From Fimbriosthenelais zetlandica (Eukaryota), in assembly GCA_977030845.1 (NCBI GenBank), contig OZ365115.1:28272001-28336000 (forward strand): a stretch of 64,000 nucleotides of DNA, written 5' to 3'. Below are positions 26,184-38,340 of the stretch, piece after piece (position 1 is the stretch's first letter; each line of letters begins with the position of its first letter). Under the pieces are notes generated by a model, which saw only the letters and a program-made list of their open reading frames with translations, was not told the DNA's origin and did no database searches. Both the position numbers and the translations under genes were made by a program.

Positions 26184-28118
26184 TTCCTCTTTTCCTCTTT
26201 TCCTTTCTTATTCCCTTCCTCACACCTCCTGACCGTCTCCCTCTTCCATTAAAAATCGATTCATTCATTCATTCTTTCAATTTTTCAATCTTTCATTCTT
26301 GTATCCATGCATCCATTCATCCGTTCATTCATTCATCTCCCATTCCCACTCTTCCATCCATCCACACCTACAAATTGTCCAGCAGATCCATCCAGCAATT
26401 TGCTCCATTGATCTACACCTCTCACCCCAGCTATTCACCTTTACATTCTCTCATCGATATCCTTATCTTCTTCCTTCATTATTATCAATTGCATATTTAA
26501 TTTACGAAAGTTAATATACATGATAAAATCCGTTACCAGTTTTTCATTGATTTCATTATTGCCCTGCAGACAAATATTGATTTATATAATAATGACACCC
26601 CACCCCCACTTCTTATGTACATGTATTTTCATGACATAATTGATTGATGGGGACGGAAACTGAAGGCCTATAAGGTGTGTAGACCTACTGTACAGTATAG
26701 CTAGCTACATGCATTATTATAATGCGATATACTTATTATTGCATTCCAGATTGCGCGTCATTTCATTTTATATTTTAATTTGTTTTCTCCCTGCTCGCAA
26801 CCTGTGCCTCCTGAGTCCGTTACACGACTCCACAGGGTGAGGTCATTATTTCTTAAACGAAACTCAAAGATATGTTGGGCTGAGTGGTATATCTTGCAGT
26901 TCAAAATTATCTGTTTCAAAATAGATTTGCTTTGGGGCCGAGGTAGCGCGCATCTTCTCGTGAAACTGGATCCTTCGTCCTATAATGTATTTTTTTAAAA
27001 TTTTAATAAAATACTGTGTATCTGTTCTCCAAAGGTTCTCTGGCTTATTTCTCACTGGAGCCAAAATGACTTCCATTAAAGGAAATCCAGTGAAAAATAA
27101 TGTTACCCCGATCAAGGGACATACAGAGCATACAAAAGGAAAAGTTAGTCAGTTGCATAAGTCTTTCAGTGATATCTCTGTAAGTCTTGGAGTCTCGTCC
27201 TCCCTTATTGTCTCCACCACGAAGTATCATAATATCGACATGGAGACATGTATCCAATATTCGGCCAATAAGATAGGCTGTCTGAAAATAATATGCCAGA
27301 CAGTCTGGCCAAAGAACCAGTTATTACGGCTGGCCAGGTTTTATCGGGTGTTGTATTTCACCATTGTGGCCCCGGCTTCCTGTTACTCCAGCAGTGACAT
27401 TTAGGTGTCGCCCCTTCTCCTGAGATTCTCGGGAAAGCTATTCATTCTTTCTGTGAGCACTGGAGACAGTTGGAAATGTATATAATGTAAGATCTTCTTA
27501 TAATAGAATCATTGTCATGATTAGGCTGCAGTCTGTTCAAAATAAGTTGATCCGAAACCACGGTACCAATGTTCTGTGGATCAACTTATAAATAGTTTGA
27601 ATTTACTGTAGTATACTATAGGTGCATTTTACAAAAGTGCAATCATCTATTAAAAATGTATAATGTCTTGAGAAGACATTAATGTGATGACAAGACGATC
27701 TAAAAGTATAGGTCTACCTAGATTTTTCTAAATTCACCTATATTATATGATATAGATCTATAGGCTAGTCCTTTCTGGAACCGCCTTAGGAAAGATGCGC
27801 GCTACTCCCAATTTGCTTATAACTTATAATTACTTATAATTGGTTAATAATGTAGCTGAATAATTAAAACAAAATCATATAATTATGCATACTGCCATGC
27901 ATTATAGTGGTCTAGATATGTTATATATTGTTTTTTTAATGATAAAATGGAAAAATGAACCAATGAATTTCTTGCATGTTTTAGGCGTATATTTGAATAA
28001 AGTGAAGGGGAAATCTGCTTTTATTCCAACAGTTTGAGGGGGTTTTGTCTGGGGGGAAAAAGTGAAGGGAAATCTGTGAGAGGGACAGATGGTGGATTTC
28101 GTCCCCTCCCACGTCACA

Positions 28119-28200
28119 GGGTCGAGGTCATGACCCCCAGTGGTCAAGGACTATTGTCATGTAGGTCAGAGGTCAAGGTTAGCATTGTGGGGTAAGGTCA
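28119..28200. promoter_or_regulatory. Candidate nuclear-receptor response element cluster
   Basis: AGGTCA at 28125, 28163, 28170 and 28195. These form AGGTCATGACCC (IR0) and AGGTCAgAGGTCA (DR1), followed by AGGTTA. Confidence 0.45.
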
Positions 28201-29149
28201 TCGGGCAGAGATTGACGGGAGGAGTGTGCCAACGGTGTGTGTTTACCCGAGCGTGAAATCCAAACCATTAACCACAAAACTCCAATACCCCTACAATTTA
28301 AATTTAAATTTAAATTAAAAAAAAAATGTTATCAACAAGATATCTCCACAGTTTTTATGCACCTTCCGAACCCCCTCAAAGTTTATAAGAGGTTTTGAAC
28401 ACTTCTTCTAATCACATAAGAGAAAAATATGATAATTTAATATTTTAATTTAATATTTAACTGAATTTAAATTATGGATCTGAAGGTTTAATAAAAGAAT
28501 ATAATACTTGATTACTTGATTTTCTTTAAAATATTAGTTTTTATCAACATAATATTAGACTTAATTTCCCCCTTGGTTGCCAAGTAAAAATAATTAACTA
28601 AATCATAAAATGTATGTACTATATAACCTTGTACTCTAGTACTTATCCACTCAGCATTGGCTCCACGGCCACGGTGCATATGCTCGCACCTGCCCATTGC
28701 AATGTAACTGGGGTGTGGGGGGGGGGGGGGGGGGGGAGGGGGGAGTGGGTAGGCGCACGTGCCACACCTTCCCATATAAGGAAGCGGAGGACAGTCGGCA
28801 TGTGGCCTCAAAAGAAATGAAATTAAAAATAACGTTGACCAAATGCTGGTACTATTTTTCTGTTCTTTCCCTTCGTTATTTTTATTTACAAGTGTGGGGA
28901 ATTTTCGATTTCCACGTCTGCATTGTAAAAATTATTGATTGCATGATAAAAGCTGGCTTGATATTAAAGTTAGTAGGTTTTATTAAAATATCTTTTTCAG
29001 AGATTCAAACTGCCAGAAACTGCATTAGTTTTGAGTTGGATACAGATATATGTATACATTTCCAATTTGTAAATTGAATTTACACAAATGAATTTAAAAA
29101 TTCATATTTCATTATAGTATATCGTTTCATTCCTAAACCAACACCCTCT

Positions 29150-29300
29150 ATACCCTGCCTCCCGCATCCACCTAACCTCCCTCCCACCCCATTGGCGTTT
29201 CCTCCCACATTTAAGTGCTTAGCCTTTCCTCATAAAGGCAGTCCCTCTCGTAGGGGAGACAGATAGAACAAGAGGAAGAGAAGAAAGAGAAGTGAGAAAC
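29150..29300 (+). promoter_or_regulatory. Possible promoter or first exon of the zinc-finger gene
   Basis: C-rich boxes, a reverse CCAAT (cattgg), an AT-rich TATA-like element near 29208-29236 and an Inr-like GCAGTC, followed by a purine-rich leader. Inference only. Confidence 0.2.
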
Positions 29301-32300
29301 ATGGAAGCATACTATTATTTACTGCAATTTGGAACCTCCCTGGAATCCTACCATAGTAGAACCATGGGTATAAACATCAGGAAAAAGCGAGATAAGCAGA
29401 ACTAGAAAGAACAGAGTAGGCCTAGTATTTTCGACTGGATTTCTTACCATTGGAGCTCCATTAGAACAGCAGCTACTGGAGGCTTAACAGCAGGTGCTAC
29501 AACTAATACCAACTTATATTCACCTTTCTACCAGCGCTCTACAGGTGTGGGTCTCTATATATGGAGGCAGGCCTACATGCATATTAACTGGTAGAAGTCC
29601 AAAGAGTGGAAGGCATAAATTAACCTCATAAGGCCCTCCGAGAAACACACGTTGGTTAAAGCTACATGATAATAGGGATTGGAAATCCCAACTTTATATT
29701 TAAAATCATGACCTTTATATGGAAAGCCTGAACGCAGGTATATCCAGGAAAAATAGTTTTGGTCCCTACTTATATTGACCAACATATTGAATATGTTTCT
29801 AAGATGTCCGCTTCTAAATCAACTTAATTGAATTTGAAAGCCGAGGATGAAATAGAAATCCATGAGGAATTTTAAATGCATAGCCTGCCAGCAATGGACA
29901 CGTTATAAAATGCATTGTCAAGTCTAGGGAAACCTTGGATTCTATTCAGCTTCATATCTTATAAGATAAGATGGAGATAAATATATATAGTGACAACATT
30001 GTATTTCTCACTAAGATGTATTTTTCTATAATTCAAATCCATTCAGAGGACAATGCCTCAAATACCTTGCATTCAAAAGCATGTTAAGTCTATTATATGG
30101 ACTTTGCATTAAGAGATTAACATCTATGGATTGGACACATTTTGCTCCATCAAACTACATCAAGACAGAACAAAGGATTATATTTTCAGTAAAAACACCA
30201 GAACTTTTTTCTGGAAAGCTAAGTAGTGATTGTTCCCAATTGCAACTGTTCATCAACATTCTGAGCCACCATTTTGTGTCACTAGTCTTGAATTAAAGGC
30301 ATAATAAGCAAGGACATCAAGAATGGAAACCTAATTTGAAAATACAACTACTATATCTTTTATATTAATCCTTGATTAACGGATTAAACATTTGACAACT
30401 AAGGATTAACACCGAATTCCTTTACGATAATCCAAACTGCATATGACTTATAAATGATTTATAGTATGAAACCCAACAATTAGTGCAAGGAATTAAACAA
30501 TATTTATACCTGTTACTGTGGACCTTCATGGAACTTTACGATCTATCTTTTTTCCTCGCTAAGTCATACATTTCTTATGTAAGATATCTATATAATCAAG
30601 GATCAACGATTTTCTCAAAATTTGAGTTGGAATCATTCAGGCAATATTTATTTTAACACATTTGAAGAAGGTCAATCATCTATAATAGCCAGCTGGAATA
30701 CCCTACAACGATCCATTTAACAGTGGAACCACAGACACCTGGCATCCATTCAACATTAGTTGTCCCTTCACAATAACCTGGCATGGGGTACTGCCAGACG
30801 ACTGACCTCCCAGGAGTTAAACAACAGTCTCTTGTACTCGCTGCACACCCACCTCACAGTCACTGACCACACCACTGGCATTCTTTTCCATTGTGTGCTT
30901 TCAATATGATCATTCACAGGGTATACCACTGACGTCTTTCTCGGATCCTATTTTTCATATTATACCCCTTCTCATGCCATTTTACATATAACACTAAAGC
31001 ATCAACACCCTGTGTAATTGTCAAGCGTCGAGTATTATAGACCAGGAGTTTTAAGTATTAAATCTCTTGTGTACCTAAGATTCAGTGAACCAAAACACTT
31101 TTAGCACTGACTTGCACCTCTTACACACCTGGCACACTGGAATCATTTATTTGACTTGGAGAACTTGGCACAAAGTGGTAAGAAATTGCATTTGATTGTG
31201 GGATTTCCCAGCTTGGTCTCCCCAATTGCTGTGAAGGAGCAAAGAAGATGAACCAACGCATTGCCGTTGATTTCCATGCAATTGTTGCTGTGACATAACT
31301 ATTGACCAGTTGAGTCTTTTTAATTAGTGGATATTCATATACAAATATAACCCTACAAGAAGTTCTGATGTTCTACAGATTGACACAGGACTTTTAACAA
31401 TACTATTACTGACCTGTGGATACAACAAAATCATATTGAAGTTGGAACAAAGATAATTGCAAAATCAATTGCACATAAAAGTTAATATTTTTCCTAGCTT
31501 ATGCAGAGAACAGATTTCATCTTCTTCTTTGTTTTGCTAGGAAAAGGTCAGATTGAGGGAAAATTGTATCACGAAAGGACAAGAAATAGTTCAAGGAGTT
31601 ATACACTGAACTTCTCATAAAATCAGTTAAAATCAATGGATCAGAAAAGTATACTCAGGGGCCTCTCACATTGGAAATACAAGCTACTAGAGCATGTTCC
31701 TGGCCAATTACCAACAGCTGATAAACAGTGAAGAGCTTTATGCAAGATCTTGGTTTTTCATTCAATTTTCCCTATAAATACAATCAGAACATTTGAAGTT
31801 GAGGTCTTTTACAGACGTTGTAACTTCCACCTAAAATGCAACCAATGCAATGTGTCAATTAAAATCGTAAAATATTGAAGGTATGTTTGTGAATGGCATA
31901 TACATCCAAGAGGTTTTATTACCACATAAAATTAAGTTTGATGTGAAAGGAATATAATGGAAGCAAACACATTCATGACTAATAGTGAAAACGTCTGAAT
32001 GTGATCTTCTCGGACGGAATTCGCCTGAATTTAAGGTCAAACCACCTCAAACGATAATGCTTTCAAAAAGTCATGCAGAAAATAACCTAATCGGAACGGA
32101 ACAGACAGGACAGGACCAGAAAACAATGTGAACAATTGCCGATAGGACTAAAATGGATTTTGAGCCAATGTAAAATTGTGCCCGGAATTCTATAATTCTA
32201 TAGTTCTATTCGAACATCTAAGGGCAAGTGGAACCTATATTCGTTCTGCCTTTGGAAAAAGACCTGCTGATAATGTATTAGCTGGAACTGTAAAAAAAGA

Positions 32301-32438
32301 AAGAGCTAAATATCATATGAAATCAGTTATTAATGGGATTATATACCATGGACCTATTGCAAAGCCAGTAGATTCAAGGGCCTCAGAGAGATGCCCTTAT
32401 ATTCTGCCATTATTAAAAGGCCCTCAGCTGGCCTTTAG

Positions 32439-32608
32439 GAAGACACGCTGGCTGACCAGGCTGTGGTCATTCCGGCCACCCCTCTGGGGTCAGCTGGCCC
32501 TCCTCCAGGTGGTATTCCAGGCTTTCCTAATGGCATCTCTCCAGTGGTGCCCACACCTGTGATCACCTGGGAGGATATAGATGAGTCTCTTAACAATGGC
32601 CACCATTT
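32439..32608 (+). CDS. Candidate upstream exon of the zinc-finger gene
   Basis: Acceptor cctttag|, donor TT|gtaagt. The 170 nt are open (EDTLADQAVVIPATPLGSAGPPPGGIPGFPNGISPVVPTPVITWEDIDESLNNGHH). The phase-2 end joins in frame to the acceptor at 35807/35808. No ATG in the exon. Confidence 0.55.
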
Positions 32609-33039
32609 GTAAGTCTACATTAAAGATATTATCTAATTTCTTAATGTTTTTTTAATCTGAATTATTTAAAATTTTGATAACAATGATATGCCTCATAATT
32701 TATTAGTTTGTATTAATAATATTATTTACATGTACACTAGGTATTTTATAACATTCTTTAAGAATGAATTTGGTTGTTTTCGGGATTTCCCATTAAATAT
32801 GTCACCAGTTAAAGTATTATTTTGTTCATATAGATATATTTTGTTCATATAGATCTATTTCCTAATTCAGTGTTTTCTCTTGTAAATACTCACATGAACT
32901 TACGTTTCCATTTACATCCAATTCCATAGATTATTCTAGAAGTAAGTGTAACAATCTGTGGCTTACAATAGTATTTTGATTTTGCTGAAGGGGTGGGTCT
33001 AAAATATGGATGGCTTGCATATGGATGGGTGTTTGGCTT

Positions 33040-34000
33040 TTAAACGAATTAAAGCTAGAGGAGGAAGAGGAGCTAGAGGACGGGATAAGAGGTGTAAGGT
33101 GGTCGGCGGCGGGGGGGGGGGGGGGGGGGTGTCTAGGGAGGTCTCAGGTGCTGGGTACAGACAGAGTGATGAGCGAGACGGAGGAGGAAATGTGGGATCA
33201 ATGAGTAAAATACATCAGGCAGTAATACATGTTTCTCATAGAACCTATACCAGCTGAGACGTGAGATGAAAAGGGGGAGGGAGAAATTGGAGGGAGCGGA
33301 GAGAGAGAAATGAGAAAACAAGGAGGAATGGAAGATAGAAGGGAAAGAATAATCTTGACGGGATATGGAATATTTTGGTGAAGGAAGATAGAAGGAGGAG
33401 GCGAAAGACAAAAATATTGGCGAAGGAAAGATTAATACAGGAATGGATCAAGAATGGGGGGGAATTATTGGAGGGTGCGGAGGGGTGGAGAGAAATGGGG
33501 GAGGGGAGGAAGGTGGGGAGAGACACAATGAGGATGAAGAGGGAAAGGGAGGCGAAAGGATGGGAGCGATGAAAGGAAGGAGAGGAGAAGCGAGGGAGGA
33601 GCGGAAGGAAAAGGAAGGGGAGAAAAAAGGAGGGAGGACAAAAGGAGGGAGGAAGGAGGCATGGTAGAGTGTAGCCTGGAGGTATAAAACAGTAAGGGAT
33701 CCGATTGGGGAAGTATGAGGGAGCGAGGAAGAGGCAGGGGGATGGGGATGGGGAAGTAGATGGCAGGAAAGGAGGAAAAGGAAGTGGCAGGACTATAGAT
33801 GTATAATGGATATTGAGCAAGCAAAATATTATCAGTATAGAGGACGGAAATGAGGGTAAAAGGAGGAATGTAAGATCGAGGGGAAAGAAGAGTCTTGACT
33901 GACAGGATGGAATGTTTTGTAGAAGGGAGATAGGAGAGGATTTTAAGAGAATGATAAAATTGTCGGCGAAGGAAACATTAATGCAGGGATGGATCAAACT
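33040..34000. repeat. Purine-rich low-complexity block with a diverged internal direct repeat of about 130 bp (about 33330-33455 vs 33870-34000)
   Basis: Strong G/A strand bias. Shared motifs include gaaagaa.a.tcttgac and ggcgaaggaaa.attaat.cagg.atggatcaa. Confidence 0.65.
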
Positions 34001-35859
34001 AATAGCGCCATCTGCATGTCGAATCACAATAGATACATAAATATATGATTCATTAAATACTTATAATTACAAGAAATATAAAAAAGTGGATACAGTATAA
34101 ACACAAATACAGCAATTATACAATATAAAGGCTATATATACACGTACAGTGACCAAGTGTTAATAGAGCTCTGTATTGTTCTTTCTATAAAAGTTATTTA
34201 TTAGGACATCAAGAGATAATTGTCATATTTGAGTCTATATGACTGATATAAAATGACAGGCATAAAGACCCGTTAAAACATCTATTCACACCCACTTTGC
34301 CATTGACCTTCACACCTTGACCTCGCCCCACCGCCCCCCCCCCCCCCCACCCCCATCCGCTTTCCCTTACCCTCTCCAGTCCAAATTCCAATTTTCCTTC
34401 AGCACCAGCTATATCCCTGTCATCCCTTTCGTTAAATTGCCCACCTCTGCCATCTAGAAATGAACCCCTTTCATAGCACCCCCACCCCATAATCACCAAA
34501 ACACACTACAAGTACATGACGTATACCCCCTCCCCCCTTTCCATCTTTACTACCCCAATGGGAACGCTAACAGCAATTTCTGCTTAGAGTTGCTATGGCG
34601 GCCGCCAATATGGTCTTCTTCGTCAGATATCTTTTCCAATTTAAGTTTTCACTTTTTGTGACAAAGATGGGGGTTTATGTTAGTCCTAGAAGAATGTGGT
34701 GTGAATCCGTTCTGTGAATCAGTTCGATCTGTGAATTACAGTTTTCTTAATCCAAATTATGATGGATCAACTATTTTAAAGAAGCTAGATTTCTTATAAA
34801 GTCATTGTTCCAATTCGATATCAAATTTGTCGAAAACATATTAATTCCCGGAAATTATGCGAGACTGGATACATTACAGCATATATATCATTGCGACTGA
34901 GTTTCCAATAACAGGCAGGTGGGAGTTGGCCTGGGGATGCAGGGATAGCCCTTCTAGGAAGGGAGGTGTTGAGGTGCAAGCACGAGCGCCCTAATAAGAG
35001 GGATGGGTCGGGAGAGTGGGCAGGGAGGGGGTGGGGTCAAACCAGGGGTTGTGGAGGGGGTATTACTAGGTCAATCAGTTGTGATGGACAATGGCCAGAC
35101 CATCTGCAAAACCATAACAATGAGCCCCGAGCCAGGACATAGACCTACTAAATTTGGATTTATTTTACTCTTATACACCGTCCAAATGGTAATGTACAAT
35201 TTTGGTATAGTCTGTTTCAAAGAGAGTATTATATCGACGCTCTTCGTGATGCTAAATTGTTTGGATTTTAATATCAATCATTGTTACGTTCTGTAGTTTT
35301 AAGCTTTCCATCGGACCCACATGTGCGACATACCGGGCCACATGTATGCCTGACCTAAAGATTTGCCTTGTAGGAATATATTACGCCTACTAGGCCTAAC
35401 AGGGTGCCAATGAAGTTCACTATTGGTAAATATTGGGTACATAATCTTGAATTAGAAAATATTGACTTATCAAGGTTCTGGACTGTCTTAATTCAGTTGA
35501 ATACAGGCGAAAGGTCGCCCTTAATTAGAACCATATAGAGCTCAAATTGTATATGAGACAATTTTAGTCAGTCGACTGGATAATTATGGTTCCAGTCTTT
35601 GTAGGAATAACACAGGAGCGTACGCAGAGAAAAAGCCAAAACGAAAAACAAATGTTTTATTATGTCTTGGCAATAACAGATGGAGAGATCTGTTTCTTGT
35701 AACGGGTCCAATTGAATCCTTTGACGCTGACCTTTAAGCATGACAATTTGAATCTTTCCATTCTATTCTTTCCAATTCCCTGAGCAGCTCTCCCTTTCTG
35801 ATTCCAGACCAGCGGAGGCGGAGGAAGCCACCGTCGAGGGTGCTGCACCCTGGTGTAAC

Positions 35860-37857
35860 ATGGAAGAACCACGGCCTGTGGAAGACCCACACAGACCACA
35901 GCAGCTCCACCTCGTACCAGACCCTCACACTCCAGCCATCCCAGTCCGCCATCTAGTGGAGGAAGCCAACAACCATCATCCCCATCACCCACAGCAGCAG
36001 CGCCCCCTCCCGACTCCACTAGATACTAACTTACAGCTGCCAGATGAGCAACAGCAGAGACACCTAGGGGAGAGTCCGCCGGAAGTGACACGTCCCATCA
36101 TTGGCAATGGCGACGTGGGTAACAATACGAGTGGGCGCGGAGGCCAACAGTACCTCCGTCTGACGCAAGAGGACATCAATGCGATAACTGAAGCTGGGTC
36201 CAAAGGTGGGACCTTTACGTGCACACTATGTCAGAAAAAGTTTGGCTACAAGAATGGTCTGATCAGGCATGTCCGTTTGACGCACGTTGGAGAGAAGCCA
36301 TACCAATGCAACATCTGCCAGCGGCGTTTTGGTTACAAACACATACTAATGGAGCATCAGAATCTCCACTTTGGCAATAGACCTTATGCCTGTACGCTCT
36401 GTGATAAGAGATTCGCTGCCCGATCGAACCTGATCCAGCACCGTATGGTGCATAAACGCCCGTTCAACTGTAGCCTGTGTAACAAGAGGTTTGACCGAGA
36501 GGACCAGCTCAAAAAACATTTGTTTGCCCACCCGCAGGCTCTCCTTACGTGTAACTTTTGTACTTATGCTGCAGCTGCCCAGTCTGATTTAAACAAGCAC
36601 ATGGTGGAGCACCATCCACCGCAGGTGATGGAAACGCGGGCCCCGCCAACACGACGTGAAAGTGGAGAGAACGGTGAGGGTCTGGAGGAGGACTCAGCTG
36701 GGGAAGATGGAGGGCGAAGTAGCACAGAACAACCAAATCAAGACATGACGTCGCCTTTACTTGGGCAACAGCCACTCACTTCCCAACCGCTGTCCTCACC
36801 CCTGACTCCCACCTCCACTTCGGCAGCCATTGCTGCCCAGAATGCTCTGAACTTTGCCTTGAGAGTGACGAATGAACAGGGCGGCCGGGGGCAGAGGGTA
36901 GAGAGCATCTGTAATCAGCTCAGCAGTCTGTCTGGTACCTCCTCGGTCTCCGCAGCTAACCAGGGTGTCGTCTTACACCATCAACATGGGGCGCCTCCAG
37001 AGGTACCCATACAAGGTGTGATAGTGAAGAAGGAAGCTGAGGACATGGACTCATGTAGTGTGGGGAGTACAGAGCTGCAGCCACTGCCAAGTCCCCGCAC
37101 ATCAGTCAGTCATAACCACACAGATCCACCCTACCCTCACCCTCAACAATATCCCATGTCAGCAAGTGAACCACCCCGCACCCCATCCTTCTTCTCAAGC
37201 CCGTCTCAAACAATGCCGCTGTCATCTCACTCGGAATTCTCCCGGTCAACACCGTGCTACACTAGTGTTCCTAACTGCACTGTGAACAACAACATTAACA
37301 AAGATTCTAAACCCCACACTTTACCCGGTATTCATGAGGTGTTTTCACGCCGCAATCAACGTGTCCCACCAACTTTCACCAGTTTTGGACTACCAACTCT
37401 GCTATCAGACCCTAACCGGTTACCCCTACCCTCTCATGCTGACTTACCTCTTTCTTTACTTTCCCCTCCAGCATGTACACCAACCTCCTTTACTTCTTCC
37501 CTCCCTGTAACTCCATGCATAACCACCCCATCATCAGGTATAAGCACACGCCCAATGGCGCAGTTACCTCCAATAACGCAAGTCCTACGGCCAAGCAAAG
37601 ACGTTGCCGTACAACATACAGCACCCATACCCGGCTTTCCTTCTCTTGACGACGTCCTCTCCTACTACCAAGGCCAGGGACGCCTCTTCCGTTGCCAACA
37701 TTGCAACATTCTCTTTTTCGAGAGAGGCATGTACTTTCTTCATGCATCACTTCATGGGCCTTCCTCTCCATGGGAGTGCTCCATATGCCACAAAGTCTGT
37801 TCCGATAAAAATGAGTTTACTCTTCATTTTGTTAACCAGCAACATAACTCGGTATAG
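35860..37857 (+). CDS. C2H2 zinc-finger transcription factor (665 aa from this ATG) with 5 N-terminal fingers and an Ikaros/Hunchback-type C-terminal finger pair
   Basis: Fingers FTCTLC..HVRLTH-VGEKP-YQCNIC..H-FGNRP-YACTLC..H-KRP-FNCSLC..H..LTCNFC..H. The C-terminus FRCQHCNILFFERGMYFLHASLHGPSSPWECSICHKVCSDKNEFTLHFVNQQH resembles the Ikaros dimerisation fingers. Strong Kozak context (aacATGg); splice acceptor upstream at 35807. Confidence 0.95.
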   Translation: MEEPRPVEDPHRPQQLHLVPDPHTPAIPVRHLVEEANNHHPHHPQQQRPLPTPLDTNLQLPDEQQQRHLGESPPEVTRPIIGNGDVGNNTSGRGGQQYLRLTQEDINAITEAGSKGGTFTCTLCQKKFGYKNGLIRHVRLTHVGEKPYQCNICQRRFGYKHILMEHQNLHFGNRPYACTLCDKRFAARSNLIQHRMVHKRPFNCSLCNKRFDREDQLKKHLFAHPQALLTCNFCTYAAAAQSDLNKHMVEHHPPQVMETRAPPTRRESGENGEGLEEDSAGEDGGRSSTEQPNQDMTSPLLGQQPLTSQPLSSPLTPTSTSAAIAAQNALNFALRVTNEQGGRGQRVESICNQLSSLSGTSSVSAANQGVVLHHQHGAPPEVPIQGVIVKKEAEDMDSCSVGSTELQPLPSPRTSVSHNHTDPPYPHPQQYPMSASEPPRTPSFFSSPSQTMPLSSHSEFSRSTPCYTSVPNCTVNNNINKDSKPHTLPGIHEVFSRRNQRVPPTFTSFGLPTLLSDPNRLPLPSHADLPLSLLSPPACTPTSFTSSLPVTPCITTPSSGISTRPMAQLPPITQVLRPSKDVAVQHTAPIPGFPSLDDVLSYYQGQGRLFRCQHCNILFFERGMYFLHASLHGPSSPWECSICHKVCSDKNEFTLHFVNQQHNSV

Positions 37858-38109
37858 TCAGAGCACGAGTCTCGGCAGGCGCAGATTTAGACTGGGAACA
37901 ATGGGGTAGGTGCACTAGAACGGGTTTTACACTTCATAGAAAGTCACCAGGTTATCAAACGTAGCCAAGAAGACGATAGTAACAGTCGTTAAAATGTTTT
38001 TATTTCACAATTTCAATTGGATTAAAATGTTTCTTTCACAATCTTTGGTGCATGTACATACATTTTTTTTTGCAGGATTCCAGTTTTAGAGGAGGTACTT
38101 TAGGACTTA

Positions 38110-38340
38110 AGCCCGACATCCACCAGCCCGATTTTCATCCCGATTTTGCGATCTTAAGCGATCACAGGCGATCGGGACCCCCAAGACAGATGATCGGGCT
38201 GGTGGATGCCAAAATCTTGGGATCGGCGCCGATTTCTCAATGTTAAATCAATAGAGAAATGATCCGGAACGATTTTATTTTGATCTTTGCCGATCAGAAA
38301 AAATCTGTTTTTTCAAAGATCGTACAGTGGATGTCGGGCT
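38110..38340. mobile_element. MITE of about 231 bp, TIR AGCCCGACATCCA, TTA flanks (PIF/Harbinger-like)
   Basis: Terminal inverted repeats and a TTA duplication. A reverse-complement copy lies at 49671-49900. Confidence 0.8.

Noticed and set aside
32425-32569. E-box cluster enhancer (five CAGSTG sites in 145 bp)
   Set aside because: Four of the five sites fall inside a candidate in-frame exon rich in Pro/Gly/Ala codons, which explains them more simply. A dual role is not excluded.
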